NCBI GenBank assembly: GCA_023920165.1
Contig: CP089280.1
Coordinates: forward strand, 2,852,001 to 2,896,455
Source: Curvularia clavata
Lineage: Eukaryota
Length of the DNA: 44,455 bases
Reading direction: 5' to 3'
The notes under the pieces are model-generated. The model did not search any database and had not been told where the DNA came from. It saw only the letters and a list, made by a program, of their open reading frames with translations. The position numbers were made by a program, and so were the translations under genes. Below are positions 24,218-36,793 of the stretch, piece after piece; within the stretch, counting starts at the first letter, position 1, and each line of letters starts with the position of its first letter.

Positions 24218-24929
24218 TTGCCTTGCTGCTTTTATGCTGATGAATGAGTATGGATCGAAAGGGAAGGGAAGCTCTCAATCCAGGCGCAATGCCTGCGTTG
24301 AAATACTACAGGCTCCTTACAACCATCAATGTTGGAAAATCGCGTGTGTGCATGCGCGATATTGGAACTAGACAAAAATGGGGAACGCTCTGACTTGTCA
24401 TCATACTCTCACGCTACCGTACGTATCACCCAAAGGTCCGGTTCACCATCTTTGGAAGCTAATCCGGATGATCGGAGGTACTTTGCCAATTGAGGAGCAT
24501 CAGTGACCCGTTCTATAATAGGAATGACGGATGCATCGTCCCTCTCCTGGCTGTTGCGTGTGACACTTGGTTCCCAAGCGCGATCAATGTCGAAGTGGCT
24601 AAGTGCTTCCATTTTAAAATTGCTTCAGTATGCATTATAGCTAATTAAATCGCGGTAGTCAGTCCGAAAGTGATATAATGATACTACAGGGTGTCCAATT
24701 TAGAACACACTACCCGAGTCATCCTTTAGCACGTGCGCCAAGATCTTTCGCAACCGTTGAGGTGTTCGAGATACTGCAAATCCTACAGTCCAAGTGACTT
24801 CCTTGGCTCTTGTACGAGTGGCTTCGAGCTCCTTCGGGAAGACTAGACTTTGATGTGCATGTACATGGCGCGTGGAAGGGCCTCGCTGGCGCCAGATGCC
24901 ATCGGGTCTGCACCTCGCATCAAGGATAG

Positions 24930-25070
24930 AATCAAAGAGTCGAAAGATTACAATACCACCATCTTAATGGACAGGCTCGGGTGTTACTTGTTGACTCGGT
25001 AGTCAAAACTGGAAAATCCGTGTTAGAATGTGTCGGAGCTACTCGCTTGTTCGATGCTGTCTTATAGGAC
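24930..25070 (+). pseudogene. Phosphoribosyltransferase (uracil PRTase-like) fragment
   Basis: HLNGQARVLLVDSVVKTGKSVLEC resembles the PRPP-binding loop VLLVDSVVNTGKS. No intact surrounding ORF. Confidence 0.4.
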
Positions 25071-25794
25071 GAACAAACTATGCTCGTATCAGGAATAATC
25101 TATCTCGATCTCGGTTTTAGAAAAGGCAATCGTATCATAGATTCGATCCTGATGTGTGGAGTACGTCTCCTATTCTAGCTGAAAATCACAGTCTAACTTA
25201 AGCCCCGTGCTGACGACGGCATTCCTTACTAACGTTTTCTAATATCAGTAAGCTGAACGCCCTCATCCTCAAGTTTAGCATCAGCCTCATCAACTTCCAA
25301 TTCCTCAATCAAGGCATCAACGATAACTGCACCAATCTTTTCGCGTTTGAAAGCTATTTTATAGAGTCTCTAGGACCGATTAACGAATATCCCGGTCACC
25401 CAGACTACATACCGCCGCAATTATCGGTTCCAGAGATCCCTTACAGCAATCTTCCAAAGGCAACCTTCACTGCGCCCGAAATTACGGGTCTGCCTACGGC
25501 CGCACCGCTCGCCAGGGGAACAAGAAGAGATTGTTATCTTTTCACTCACGGCGCAGATCTCGCCGTGAGTGAAGATATTCTGCTTAGTTTCAAGTCTGCA
25601 TGCGACGCTCTTATCCAAGGATGGTCGATAACACCGGAGCAATTTGCCGACTAGTAAGTACCATTTCATCCTTCGATCTCTGATCGAAGTTGTTCCCATC
25701 GTGAATAGAACTAGTATTGACTATCGTATCCAGGAATCCTTCTCTTGATGTCAACTCTACAAGTTGCGCGCCATCAAAAGACTTTCGCTATTGC

Positions 25795-26591
25795 ATGGCA
25801 GCTTATAACGCTGCATCGGTCACTAAGCCTTCTTTACCTGAAGAAACTGGATTGAGCTATCCAATAAGGGTATGTTGTCTTTATGCGACTTGGACTTGCT
25901 CGTTTCAACAAAAGACTAACGAATATGCAGGAGGGCGCAATCGAGGGATGCGTCGAGTACAACGCCGCTATCGCGCCGATGACTTGCAAATCATTCCTGG
26001 CTTTGAACAGAATAACCATAGCACAGCTGTTCAAATGGTACGCAAACCGCCCTTTACACACTCACGCGAAGCTTGTGCTGACGTTATGCGATCTCCAGAA
26101 ACCCTGCTGTCGGTGCTGACTGTAGTAACTTATGGCTTGGTTATCAGTACTACGTTAGTACAGATGCTGTGCCTACCGATATCGCGTCTAGCACTGATAC
26201 GCCGACTACAACACCAACACCAACGCCAACTAAAACTACATCAGCAACCCCAAGTCCAACGGCCCCAAGCGCTCCAGGCCCAACGCACCCCGGTACTGTC
26301 GAGAATTGTGATGGATAGCATGTTGTTGGAGGTCAGTACCACTCTTTCACCTGCTTACCTTGAGATGCACTGCTAACAATTGACCAGACAGTGATACGTG
26401 TTGGTCTATCACGCAGGAGCATGGTATCACGCTCGACCAATTCTACAAGTGGTAAGTGTTCTCTTCTTTAAACAATCTGAGTTTGGGCGGAGTTGAAGAC
26501 GCTAACTTATTGAAGGAACCCGGCGATTCAAAATGATTGTGGTACCAATTTCTGGCTAACGTATGCGCACTTCGTAAGGGTTTCGGCCTAA
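25795..26591 (+). pseudogene. LysM-domain (chitin-binding effector-type) gene remnant with two LysM domains and a T/P-rich linker
   Basis: Spliced reading: TCKSFLALNRITIAQLFKW|NPAVGADCSNLWLGYQYYV ... PTPTPTKTTSATPSPTAPSAPGPTHPGTVENCDG*HVV|DSDTCWSITQEHGITLDQFYKW|NPAIQNDCGTNFWLTYAHFV..*. Stop at 26316 (TGG>TAG). No clear 5' signal-peptide exon, so the start is approximate. Confidence 0.8.
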
Positions 26592-26831
26592 GGCAAGGCT
26601 CATTCTGAGGAAAATATTTATCGATGATTTGTTATTCTTGTACATTCTTAAGGTGAGAGTTTTGCAGACAATGATTGTAGCGTATATAATTCGGTGGAGC
26701 ACGATCGGCGAATACATCAACATTCGTGTACACAAACGGAGCACGTACTAGAAGAATTTGATGCGATATATAACTACAGCTGAGTAGATCCCTTCGGTTC
26801 ACAGAGCGAACAAGTGCAAACATAGTAGTCA

Positions 26832-27656
26832 TCACCATGACTTCCAGCCTCGCTCCCGCACTTCGTGCCACCAGTGACCAGTCTCGTTTTTCACTCTTGC
26901 ATGTGCAACGTCAAACATAGCCATGCCCACAAATGTCTCTCCTAGATAAGTAGTGTCGCCCTCCTGGAACGGCATAGGAGAAACATGTACCGGAGGAAGA
27001 CGATGAAATTCATCGTTTCCCTCTGTTGCGCGAGCATATTCCTCCTCGGAAATTCGATCAAAACAAATGCGGCGTGCTGGACGCTTGTCCGTAGACCAAT
27101 CCGCGCCTGGATAACGGAAGATGATTCCATGATAATAGTCAGAAAATGGACTATCGATGTAGCTAGGCACTAGACCAGGTAGTTGTCTGGTTTGGCCGTT
27201 GCCATGAACGCTCGCTCCGCCTTGCTGCTGCTCTTCATCATCATCCGTGGCTGAGTTCTCGAGATCTTGAATGTGACGTATATAATCTCCCCGTGCGGCC
27301 TTCTCTTTGCGATAATGAGCGATACAGTCGTCATCACTGCTATCCACGTCGGGCGCAGAAAGAAAGTAGAGTTCCAGACGGATCGGACACGGGTCCCACG
27401 GCGTTTTGCGCATGATAGCTTCGAGAACCTCGGCCGGCTTAACAGTCTCCAGGGTCACTTCGGGATGTGTGAAGTAGATGGCGAAACTGTAAAGCGGTGG
27501 GAGCGGGCAGGACACCACGCCACGGAACACCATAAGCGCTTCTTGCCCAGAGTGATCTGTGAATGGGATTACATATATTTTGGCGCGTTCAATACGTCCT
27601 CCGGCCGCCGTACCCCCTCTGGGGAATCGCATGCTAGGGCCGCCACGCGATGCCAT
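26832..27656 (-). CDS. Hypothetical protein, about 274 aa
   Basis: Single ORF from the ATG at 27656 (MASRGGPS...). TATA-like TATATATA about 95 bp upstream. Plausible globular composition, no recognised domain. Confidence 0.65.
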   Translation of the reverse strand: MASRGGPSMRFPRGGTAAGGRIERAKIYVIPFTDHSGQEALMVFRGVVSCPLPPLYSFAIYFTHPEVTLETVKPAEVLEAIMRKTPWDPCPIRLELYFLSAPDVDSSDDDCIAHYRKEKAARGDYIRHIQDLENSATDDDEEQQQGGASVHGNGQTRQLPGLVPSYIDSPFSDYYHGIIFRYPGADWSTDKRPARRICFDRISEEEYARATEGNDEFHRLPPVHVSPMPFQEGDTTYLGETFVGMAMFDVAHARVKNETGHWWHEVRERGWKSW

Positions 27657-28328
27657 GTTCAAATGGAGCAGTGTGAGTCGATGGATGTTGTTGAGGAAAG
27701 TGTAACGCAGGAGAGGTGGAGCGGCGCAGGCACAAAACACGGGAAACGCTATATATATTAGAAACTGAGATACTGTACTATTAGTGCGTGGAAAGTGGTC
27801 TGTGCGCAAGGTTAATACAACACTGTTATCCTCTTATATTGTCTTAAACTATACTATTATCTTCTAATTTTAGTATAAATATAAAAGAAAATATACTATT
27901 ATCGTATCCTATCCTATCCTCAATCCCTGACGGAACAATAGCTGGTTCTAGCTATCATTCTATTAGGGTTGCTGAATTTTCTAGCTATTATTCTACAGAA
28001 TTATGGGGGCATAGAATAATAGCTTGAATTATATTTAAAATAGACGTGACTCCTATCCAGATGTCAGATTATCAGCCTATGTGTCACAGTAGCAGCTGCT
28101 ACCTAAGGGGGTGTGGTGGAAACTTTCCTAGATACCCCCTGGTGGGTGGTGGTAGTAGACAGAATCTAGGTGCTCAAGCACACCTAAATTCTATAATTAG
28201 TTAGTAAATATAGACTACTAGATCTCTTAACTAATTTAAATTAACTAGATTAGAATAATATGTATATACTCCTATATATCTCTAAGTGACACTTTCTACT
28301 AATACTAATCTAATACTCTTGCTCGTGC

Positions 28329-28756
28329 TGTTACAGTATTCTTGTACTCGTAACTTAAGTTAAATACACTAAACTATAAGGGTTTGATATCTAGTGCTAT
28401 ATAATTAGGGAGTCCTAGTAGTTCTAGTAAGTCTTCGTAGTCCTAGTGGGTCTAGAATAGCTAGGACAAAGTAGGATTAGTAGGACTTAATTCGGTATCT
28501 AGGAGCACTTAGTGTCCTTATTAGGAGACGTGGTATAGTCTAGAGACTCACCCGTGTCTAGGGACATAGTGTAGTCTAGGGACTCACCCTTATCTAGAGA
28601 TATAGTATCGTCTAGAGACTCGCTTATATCTAGGGACTATATATAGTCTAGGGACTAGCTCTTATCTAGGGACAACGGTTAGTCTGGAGACGGGATCGTG
28701 TCGGGAGACTAGCTTATGTCTGGAGACTATAGGGTGTCTCCGGACAGGTCGTAACA
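28329..28756. repeat. RIPped solo LTR with an internal ~18-bp tandem array
   Basis: TGTTAC...GTAACA inverted termini. Repeated GTCT(A/G)G(A/G)GAC units at 28537-28745. No TSD detected. Confidence 0.6.
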
Positions 28757-30780
28757 GTTACAACTAGAGGATAGTAGTGTGGTATTCTAGTTTTCAATGT
28801 ATATATGATTCGTAAGGCTAGCAAGACTAAAGCAATATTGTCACTAATATTCTAAAACTGAATTACCCTGCTAGGCTTCATTTTTTTGTTTATTAACCTA
28901 GCCCCTTGTCACCTGCAATTTCTTGGTTCCTAATTACTAGTGCAGAACCCCTGATGTCACTTCCGTCTGAGCGTAAGTGACACTACTGCATTAACTCAAT
29001 CTGAAATGCTCTGATAAGAAGTAGCGCAGGCTAGGACCATGTTGCATTAACAGAAAGTTGGGTTGTGCCATGCTAGTGAAAAGAATATAGTACCAGATTC
29101 TTACGAAGCCTTGGTGGCGCATTGCGCGCATGGGCACACTACTTTGCTTTATGGACCTCCGTGCAAGTCGCCATTGTTATTTTATGTACACCCACAATCC
29201 AGCGCAAGACAAGTCTTGAACAAATACTCGATATTCGATGCACGGTTTGAGGTTTGAGGGCGTACCCGTTACGAATGATCTATAATGTGAAATATATGCG
29301 GCTGAGCAGCTCGCAGAGAGTAACAATCGTTAGCTTCGAGGATGCCTGCCTTTCTAACCTCAGCCGCATGTAGGCCAAGGTACACCTGCTACCAAGCAGA
29401 TGACCTGAACCCAAACACATGACTACGTTAGTATCGTTTTAAGGGCACCGGCACCACAAGAATTTCAGCCCCCAAGGATAAGCTCGTGGTCCTCGTTCTC
29501 ATGCTCACACTCATCCCTTGCTTTCGTGCCTCCTCCCTTTCTCCTATGACATTGAGTCATGCTCGCGTCCAAAGCAGCAATGACTAAACGCCTATCATAT
29601 TACTCGCGAATATCTTCATTTTCGCCTCTATCTATATATATAGAAGATTGAAGCTTCAGGGACAGGTTGCTACTATCAATGCTTGAGGCTGGTACCCTTA
29701 CACAAACACCTCCAGTGACAAATTTAGATTCTCCTTAAAGTATGTTATACGAGAGCAGCAACGTGCGAAACTATACAGGCGATCTTACTATTAGAAATAA
29801 TAAGAAAGATATTTTACGAGAGGCACTAGGTTAAAGACCTCGGCGCGTCTCCCTGTAGCTATCTCCTTAGGTTACAGAGTTTCGTATCCGCCGATGCCCC
29901 GTAAGAGGCGGTTGCTATTGACGCCTCGGATCGCAAGCTACTAAGAATTCTTCCACGACTATTGAAGGCGTTCTCAGAAGCTCTTAATACAAGACTGTAA
30001 TATTGGATTTAATAAAGTTGTTTCTACAGATTGCTAATAGGTGTTTTACTTAGTTATTACATATTATCATTTATCCTCTGCTATAATAATATTATTATTA
30101 TGTATTATTATTATCATTGCAGTTAACACTAGATTAGGCTGCGATGCTGGAGATATCGCTACCCTAAAAATCAGCGACGAAGCTACTATCTCGCGATGGA
30201 ATATAGCATCTTATATTATGATCAACATACTTAGTACATATAATATTACTTGCTGGTTCGAATTATACTATGTAAGTGCTAAGTTCACCGCTATGATCGG
30301 AGCAGGGACTGAGGACTAACGGTAAAGCGCCACTAGTAAATAGAGACTGTCTCGTACAATGATAATCGTGTTTCATTGATGACCGTCTCACATTTTCCTG
30401 CGTGGTTCTTGGAAAGGCCAAGGGCGTCGACAATATCTTAAAGGCGAGCCATGACTACGAAAAACAACGCACTAACTTGTTCTAGAATTTCCTCTTCGCC
30501 TTAGTTGTGTGCTACATGAGCAAATCGACTGCTGGCATGATAGTTGCTCAGTGCTGAGAACTCCCATTGGGCCATTATGCACATAAGGAATATTGAGGGA
30601 CCTACGATGATGTTGATTCCAAAGTTAAGCCTTCCTGCCCCTGCTACCGGGCCTTGGTAACGCCTGTCCCCACGACTCATACCACCGCAAATTATATCAT
30701 AACTACAAATCCATGTCGCCATTTCAGGAGAAGCTTTACAGGTTGAATCGCTATTACAAACAAGAGAATGTCATGGCACA

Positions 30781-31888
30781 TTATGATCGATCTTTCGTGA
30801 CTTGATTCCGCCGCACCTTTTCTGGTTTTCGCAGCAGAAAACGGGGCTTCGAGACTTTTGTACTGCCATTCTCATTCCCGCTTCCGCTTCCATTTGCCTC
30901 GTCTGCATCCATCAGACTCGACCCCGTCAATCGGTGCACACTAGAGGGCAAAACCTCGGGATCGCTTTGGGTTGTGTACATTTCCATCCTGACCGATCTA
31001 TGACCGGACAACTTAGATTCTGATGAAGGAGGTGTACGCCTGGTGGAGTATGTTCTGAGATGCGCGAGGGAACCTCGCAAAGTTGATGCGAGGCGGTTTA
31101 GGATGGAGAATTCGACACGTAATTTCACACCGTAGACGCAGGGTTTGAAGGCTGCTTGGACGTAGAAGAAGGGCGAGTAGGACATGGCGAGGAGACTGCA
31201 GTCGAGGAAAACAACCAAGAGGTTGGTGTAGACGAGGTGGCGCATCACTTTTCTAACCGTTTTATCGTCCTGACCTAGGATAGATCTGTTTAGCAATACA
31301 CGACGTGTTTCGACGATGTACAAGACAGAGATGACCATCTCTTGCAAGAAGAAGATGGTGACTTGAACACGGTCCCAGATTAGGTTCGCGGATATCAGGT
31401 GTGGAATGCGTGATGCCTGTGCAGCGACACCAAGCCCCATTGTCGGTATTGAGATGAATATGGTAGTGAATATGATCATGTTTCGTACGTAAGTATTGTG
31501 CTTAGGATTGGAGATGATGAGATGAAGTCGAGAGTAGAGCACAACGGATTGTGGAACCACCAACATCCACCAGCTCATATAGATTAACGTGAAGGCGAGA
31601 TATGGGTTTTGTATCTGCCCAAAATCGGCGAGAATCTGGTACGTACTATGATCAGCTATTCGACTGTTTTTCACTAGAACGTAGGAGTGTCCATACAATG
31701 AGGAGTGGTTGTGTCAGAACTCCTTGTGTGCCGATGAAGCAAGCCCAGAAATACAGGCCCCTCTTCCGCAAATAAGAAAACCATAGCCGCACATTGAGCT
31801 CGACACAGATGTACCATGCCGCACCTACAAAGGCGGCCATAGTCATGGCGACCGGTAAGTCATTCTTGAGATCCTCGGCTACGCCCAT
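30781..31888 (-). CDS. Fungal integral membrane protein (multi-TM, Ser-rich cytoplasmic tail), about 348 aa, 2 exons
   Basis: Exons 31888-31697 and 31635-30781, with a GTATGG..CAG intron. Motifs RKRGLYFWA, QSVVLYSRLHLI and YGVKLRVEFSILNRL are typical of a widespread fungal multi-TM family. Confidence 0.85.
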
Positions 31889-32623
31889 GCTCGGGAGCGG
31901 TGGATACCTGCCTGGACACAGTTGAGCAAACCCAAGATGAGCGGAAAGCCCTCAAACAACGAGAATGAAGTGGAGAAGGTCCGAGAGCTAGAGGTAGAGC
32001 TAGCGTTACGCTTCTCATATAAGCGTATTTCACCCAGGAGCGGGACAAGAAGCCATTTTGGCACAGCTAGCCGGTGGCACAGCGGAACTCTTTTCTCTCG
32101 GGCAGACTCTTAATAGGGGACCGCACGGGGCAGCACCTGAAGCGCTGTGGGATGGAGACAGCTTGCGGGCTTGTATCTCAGAAGGGACGTCTATTGTCTG
32201 AATGGCTGAAATAGCTTGGGTGGGCTGACTTTTCGGTTGCAGTTTCATAAATTAGAGGCAGATGCATGAGCACGGATATGGCTGCGTATCCCGTCCCGTG
32301 GCCCCGCAGGCCACACCCGCAGGGCTATGTGACATATGGAAGGCCAATCATACTCGATTCGACCAACCGAAGGCACATCACCGACCTACTTTGGCTAGTT
32401 CCTTACCCTTTCTGTACCAAGCCCATCACGCTGTCAAATTACCTGCAAGGCCCCCTGCCTCTGTACTCACCGCCAGCCAGCCGTCCCATAAGGTGCCGGC
32501 CGCATAGGTGGGGCGTAATATTTCAACTGGTGTGGCTCGCGTCTCAACTCAGACTGCCGCCTTGTACATTTCAAACGAACCGTTGTGTTGGAAACAAAAA
32601 TTCGTATACCTGCATCTGCAATC

Positions 32624-33350
32624 ATGGTCCACATGCATGCACTTGTAACCTGCGCTGCCGTCATATTGGCGGCAGTACCTACCATGGCCGCGTCCTCACC
32701 TGACTACCAGCCGAACCACGACAAGGCTATAACCGACTATAGCGCCCAGGACATTGTTAAGGAATTGGGGCTCACCCCCAACGTCGAGAAGGGCTATTAT
32801 ATTCAAACCTTTAGGGATGAGATCGTAGTCCTTGGGAACCGCTCCGCCAGCACGGCTATTTACTACCTTCTCGAGGGCAAGGATGGCCCATCGCGCTGGC
32901 ATCGCGTAGCCGATGTCGAAATCTGGCACTACTACGCTGGCGCACCACTCACGCTCTCTCTCTCATACAACAATGGCTCGAAGCTCGAAGTCAAAACCCT
33001 AGGACCAAACATCTTCCGAGGACAAGCTCCGCAGATCGCCATTGCCAAACAGCAATGGCAGAGCGCCAGGAGTCTGGGTCGCTGGACGCTAGTCGGTACG
33101 ACTGGTAAGATGAATTTGCTTTTATTTTTCAAGATATTCTTTACTGGATTGATCAGAATTTCCTCTTGCGCTACCCATACAATCATTATGCCTTGTGTAT
33201 CTCTAGTGTATTCGTCATGCGATAAGGAAATCGCTATAGTCCCCTTCATCCTTTCATATTCTTGACACTGACACGACTACAGTGGCTCCTGGATTTGATG
33301 AAAGTGGATTTGAACTAGCACCAGATGGCTGGACGCCTCGGAGCTCATAG
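32624..33350 (+). CDS. DUF985 / Cupin_5 cupin-fold protein with predicted signal peptide, about 182 aa, 2 exons
   Basis: LGLTPNVEKGYYIQTF, ASTAIYYLL, SRWHRV..EIWHYYAGAPL and WTLVGTT|VAPGF. Intron 33105-33282. Hydrophobic N-terminus. Confidence 0.88.
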
Positions 33351-34561
33351 AGGACCATATTCTACAGTTGGGCTCTTACGGCAAAGGGAGTTATGAAGAG
33401 ATGAAGAACAATGGATTTGCTGATGCTCCCTTATGCGCAAAAAAATATGTTCATGTTCAATTACCTTAGGGCAATGGCGTAAGCGCTGTATATGCTGGAG
33501 TGTGGTGTAGCTAGATTTGTCTGTTCATGCGCCTTGCAAAAGCTGAGCCCCTCAAAACACATTCCACAATGCAAGTCTCTCTTCTGCCACACCTTATACG
33601 CCACTCTCTCCCTAGTCGTGAGCGCCATCGCCTCTTCCTTTACACAGGAACAGTAGAGATTCCCAGCCCCCTAGATGGGAATATTCTACGCAACGATGTC
33701 CAGAAATTGACACTGCGTGCCATCTCGGCATGTAATATATCAACGATTGATGACTGATATTACATTGATAGCATGCAATCATTGTAGATCGTCAATATAC
33801 CTTGGCCTAGACAGCGGTAAATTTCCAGCATATGTACAATCATATCGCAACTAGAAAGGGAGTGAGGTAATTTAGATAACTGTTAGATTAGCGAAACCGT
33901 AGTTGGTCATAGCTACGTTAAGCCATGTTGTTAATCATATCTCTTTGCTTTAAACTCGCTGGGTGATGATCTATAGCGACATGCAGCTCAGCCCAACATG
34001 ATCAGTACGCAAATTGCATTCACAGTATTGCTGTCCACAGCTAAAGTGTAGATTATTCCTTGTTGCACTTTGTGGGAAGAATTTTGGTGAGTGGCTGTCA
34101 GAAAGAAATGAACTACTGGAAGGGTAACTTACTAGGGTTAGAGTACAGGGGCAAAAAAAACGTACAGCAGCAGGTTGTTACGACCCTGGAAAACCATGAC
34201 ACGCACGAGCCAGTAAGCAGTTTGGAGGATTCCCACGTACGGGCACTGCGCCGTAATCCTGCAGCCGTGCCGCATGCGGATCACGTGACGTGCTCTATGA
34301 TCTATAACGCTTAGCGGAATAGAGTAATAGAGCAACGTACATTTAATCTATTAATCTATAATACTTAGTACTATAGAGTAATAGAGCACTCTACATAACG
34401 CCTTAGTATATAGGAATAGGTATTAAGCCCTTATAGCTCGATATATTTAACTTAAGTTATAAGTATAAGTATAATATATAAATTACTTAAGAAACTTCTA
34501 TTTATATATTATTGCCCGTCCGCGAAAACTAACTTCTAGAGTTTTGTAAGAAAGTTGTAGG

Positions 34562-34952
34562 TAGACTGGTAAACGGGTATTGACCCACTTTTCTTCTTTC
34601 ATCAATATCTCATCAAAGACTAGTCCAAATCGAGTAATTCTGACGTCATTTTAATGCCCTAAGCTAGCGCATTCTATCATGTAATATAAAGCTAAGCCGT
34701 ATCTAGCTTAGTTCAAAAGTTATTTAATAGCCCGTTTGTGAGCCCTAGGGCTGGGTTATGAGTCGGGTATACCCCTATTTTTACTCCTTTTTTAGCTCTA
34801 GCACTAGTACTATCAGTGTTAAGCTAAAATAATATATTAGTAATATTTAGACTAGAGTGCTAGCTCTCTAATGACGTCAGAATTACTTGATTTGGACTAG
34901 TATTGGCCAAGATAATCGATAGCCCTAGCTAAATACCCGATTTACCAGTCTA
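34562..34952. mobile_element. Non-autonomous hAT-type MITE (391 bp)
   Basis: 8-bp TSD GTTGTAGG at 34554-61 and 34953-60. TIRs TAGACTGGTAAA(C)GGGTATT / AATACCCGATTTACCAGTCTA. Inner 32-bp inverted repeat at 34619-34650 and 34870-34901. Confidence 0.85.
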
Positions 34953-36037
34953 GTTGTAGGTAGGTAAATAGAATAACTTTCTTAATTAACTAAAATAGCT
35001 TATTAAGAGGTGAGAAATAGATACAAAATATCTAGTAAGTGGTCAAAATGTAGGTAATAAGTAGATATATTGGAGCTAGGTTATCAAATAACTATAGACA
35101 GTCAGCGTCTTTTATAGACAACTAACGGAGATAGGCGCTGCGTCTATTTCCTATCTTGATTTCAAATCAACTACTAGACTAAAGTATAATTAGATTAGTT
35201 TTTTATCTTTTTTATGATTTATAAGATTTTATTATAGACTAAGATCTTTATAATCTAGCTTGCTAAGCAAGCTAGAGCTAAAATATAGAATAATGACGTC
35301 TTATATCTAGATAAGAAAACGGAGAAATACTTAAAATTCTCGGCAGTTAATAGCTACATTAAATGTAGAGCTACAAGAACAAAAACAACTAATTTGAATA
35401 GCTAATCTTTTATAGAATAATACTAAAATATAATATAATAATTATATTATAATTTACACACTCCCTTAATGATTATATTATTATAATCTTATCATTTAGC
35501 TTAATATACTAATGGTAAGTAATATAATTATATATCTAATAAGCTTAATATTCTTAATTAGATATTTTAATTAGACTAAATTTACTTTTAGATAATAGCT
35601 TAATATACTAAATATCTAATTTTCAAAATAACGTGGTTCACAAGCGAGCGGCTCACCCAACCGAGCGGCTCACGCCCCACCAGCGCGCCGACGTCGACAC
35701 TACAACGCGTTATGTCTCAGCAACGCGATAATCAATCAACTTATCCTGAATCAGATCTTTAACTTGCTTTTTTTGATGTCCAATCGCAACGTGTTTAAAG
35801 CTAAAGACGTGCTGCCTCTATCTATAACGTGCCTTAAAGAACTTTATCTTACCGACGCGCTGGAAGACGCTCTCGACGCGACTGCGAACCGAATTCAAAG
35901 CGCCTAAATAAGCTAGAAGAGGAGGCTATAGTTAAGCGTATTCTTGAAGAGTCTGCGCGAGGATTTGCGCCTACAAAGGCTGACGTTCAAGTAATAGCTA
36001 ATAAACTATTGTATGAGCGGGAGAGCAACCTTACTGG

Positions 36038-36308
36038 TGTAACGGCGCGAGCAAGACTAGTCGAATCGGTTCCGGTGGGAAGTGTCACTCAAATGCATAT
36101 GGAAGTGCGTGGGACAGCAGAAACACCTTGGATTCGGTAGACACTCATAGGCCTGGTACGAAAGGATATCAAAAATCTACCGAACATCTATGGAAGGTAC
36201 CTGGTACTTATACCTGGGTGCGGGTCTTCATCGGGTCTGACCCGGCTCTCAATCGGATCTTGATAAGCTGCCCTGGCTGGGGTATGTTTTGGTCTATGCA
36301 TGGTTACA
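36038..36308 (-). repeat. 3' LTR (271 bp)
   Basis: Identical by eye to 42965-43235. Confidence 0.97.
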
Positions 36309-36322
36309 TTACCCCCCCTCCC
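36309..36322 (-). other. Polypurine tract
   Basis: Minus strand reads GGGAGGGGGGGTAA immediately before the 3' LTR. Confidence 0.85.
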
Positions 36323-36793
36323 GGTAGACAGCTGGTCCCACAGCTGTCTGTTCCGGTTGTCATTCTTCTTCCCTGCACCATGGGGTCCCTCGTTCCTGAT
36401 TTCCCCCAGATTTTCCCCACACTGCGCCACTTCGGGCAATAGGATGCTCCGGTTCCGGTGTGGCTCCCGTGGCCGTGCATGTCCTTCACTTGAGCCTCTG
36501 TGCCTGAGCCTCAGTGACCATTCCGGTACTCACGTGGCGCTGCTGCCTTGCTGCCTGGCCGCTAGGCCGTTTGCCTTCACCTGCCAGACAGGCCTGGACG
36601 CTTCGATCGGAGCTCCGAGTCGCCGGCGATTCGTTTGTAGTCAGGGTCCAACGGCTATCCAGGTCACGTGTGCCAAGACTGTTTGCTCCCCCAGTGTGTA
36701 TATCAACAACAACACAGTGTCGCCGCCGAGTTTTCTCCTCCACGCTTCTCAATCAAAACAAGTCAATTACAACTCAACGCACTCGTTTTCGCT

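Noticed and set aside
25380..25700. Possible aminoglycoside-phosphotransferase/kinase-like fragment (FTHGADL..DIL)
   Set aside because: Too degenerate; it needs several frameshifts to resemble the motif.
25717..26376. 219-aa ORF with a Q-rich tract
   Set aside because: It is an off-frame read-through of the LysM gene's exons and introns. The Q-run is the shifted T/P linker.
28537..28745. CRISPR-like repeat-spacer appearance
   Set aside because: Eukaryotic context, 7-9 nt spacers, no cas genes, and it lies inside an LTR.
29700..30330. RIP-like stretch with a minus-strand ASENAFNSRGRILSSLRS resembling a hAT dimerisation motif
   Set aside because: A single short match with no TIRs or other transposase motifs. 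Its identity cannot be supported.
3163..35630. Treating the GT2, transporter, LysM and cupin genes as Starship cargo
   Set aside because: They lie upstream of the minus-strand captain. Cargo is expected downstream, which is left of the window.
36128..36442. ORF starting in the LTR (duplicated at 43055-43255)
   Set aside because: Begins at a non-ATG codon within LTR sequence and has no coding features.
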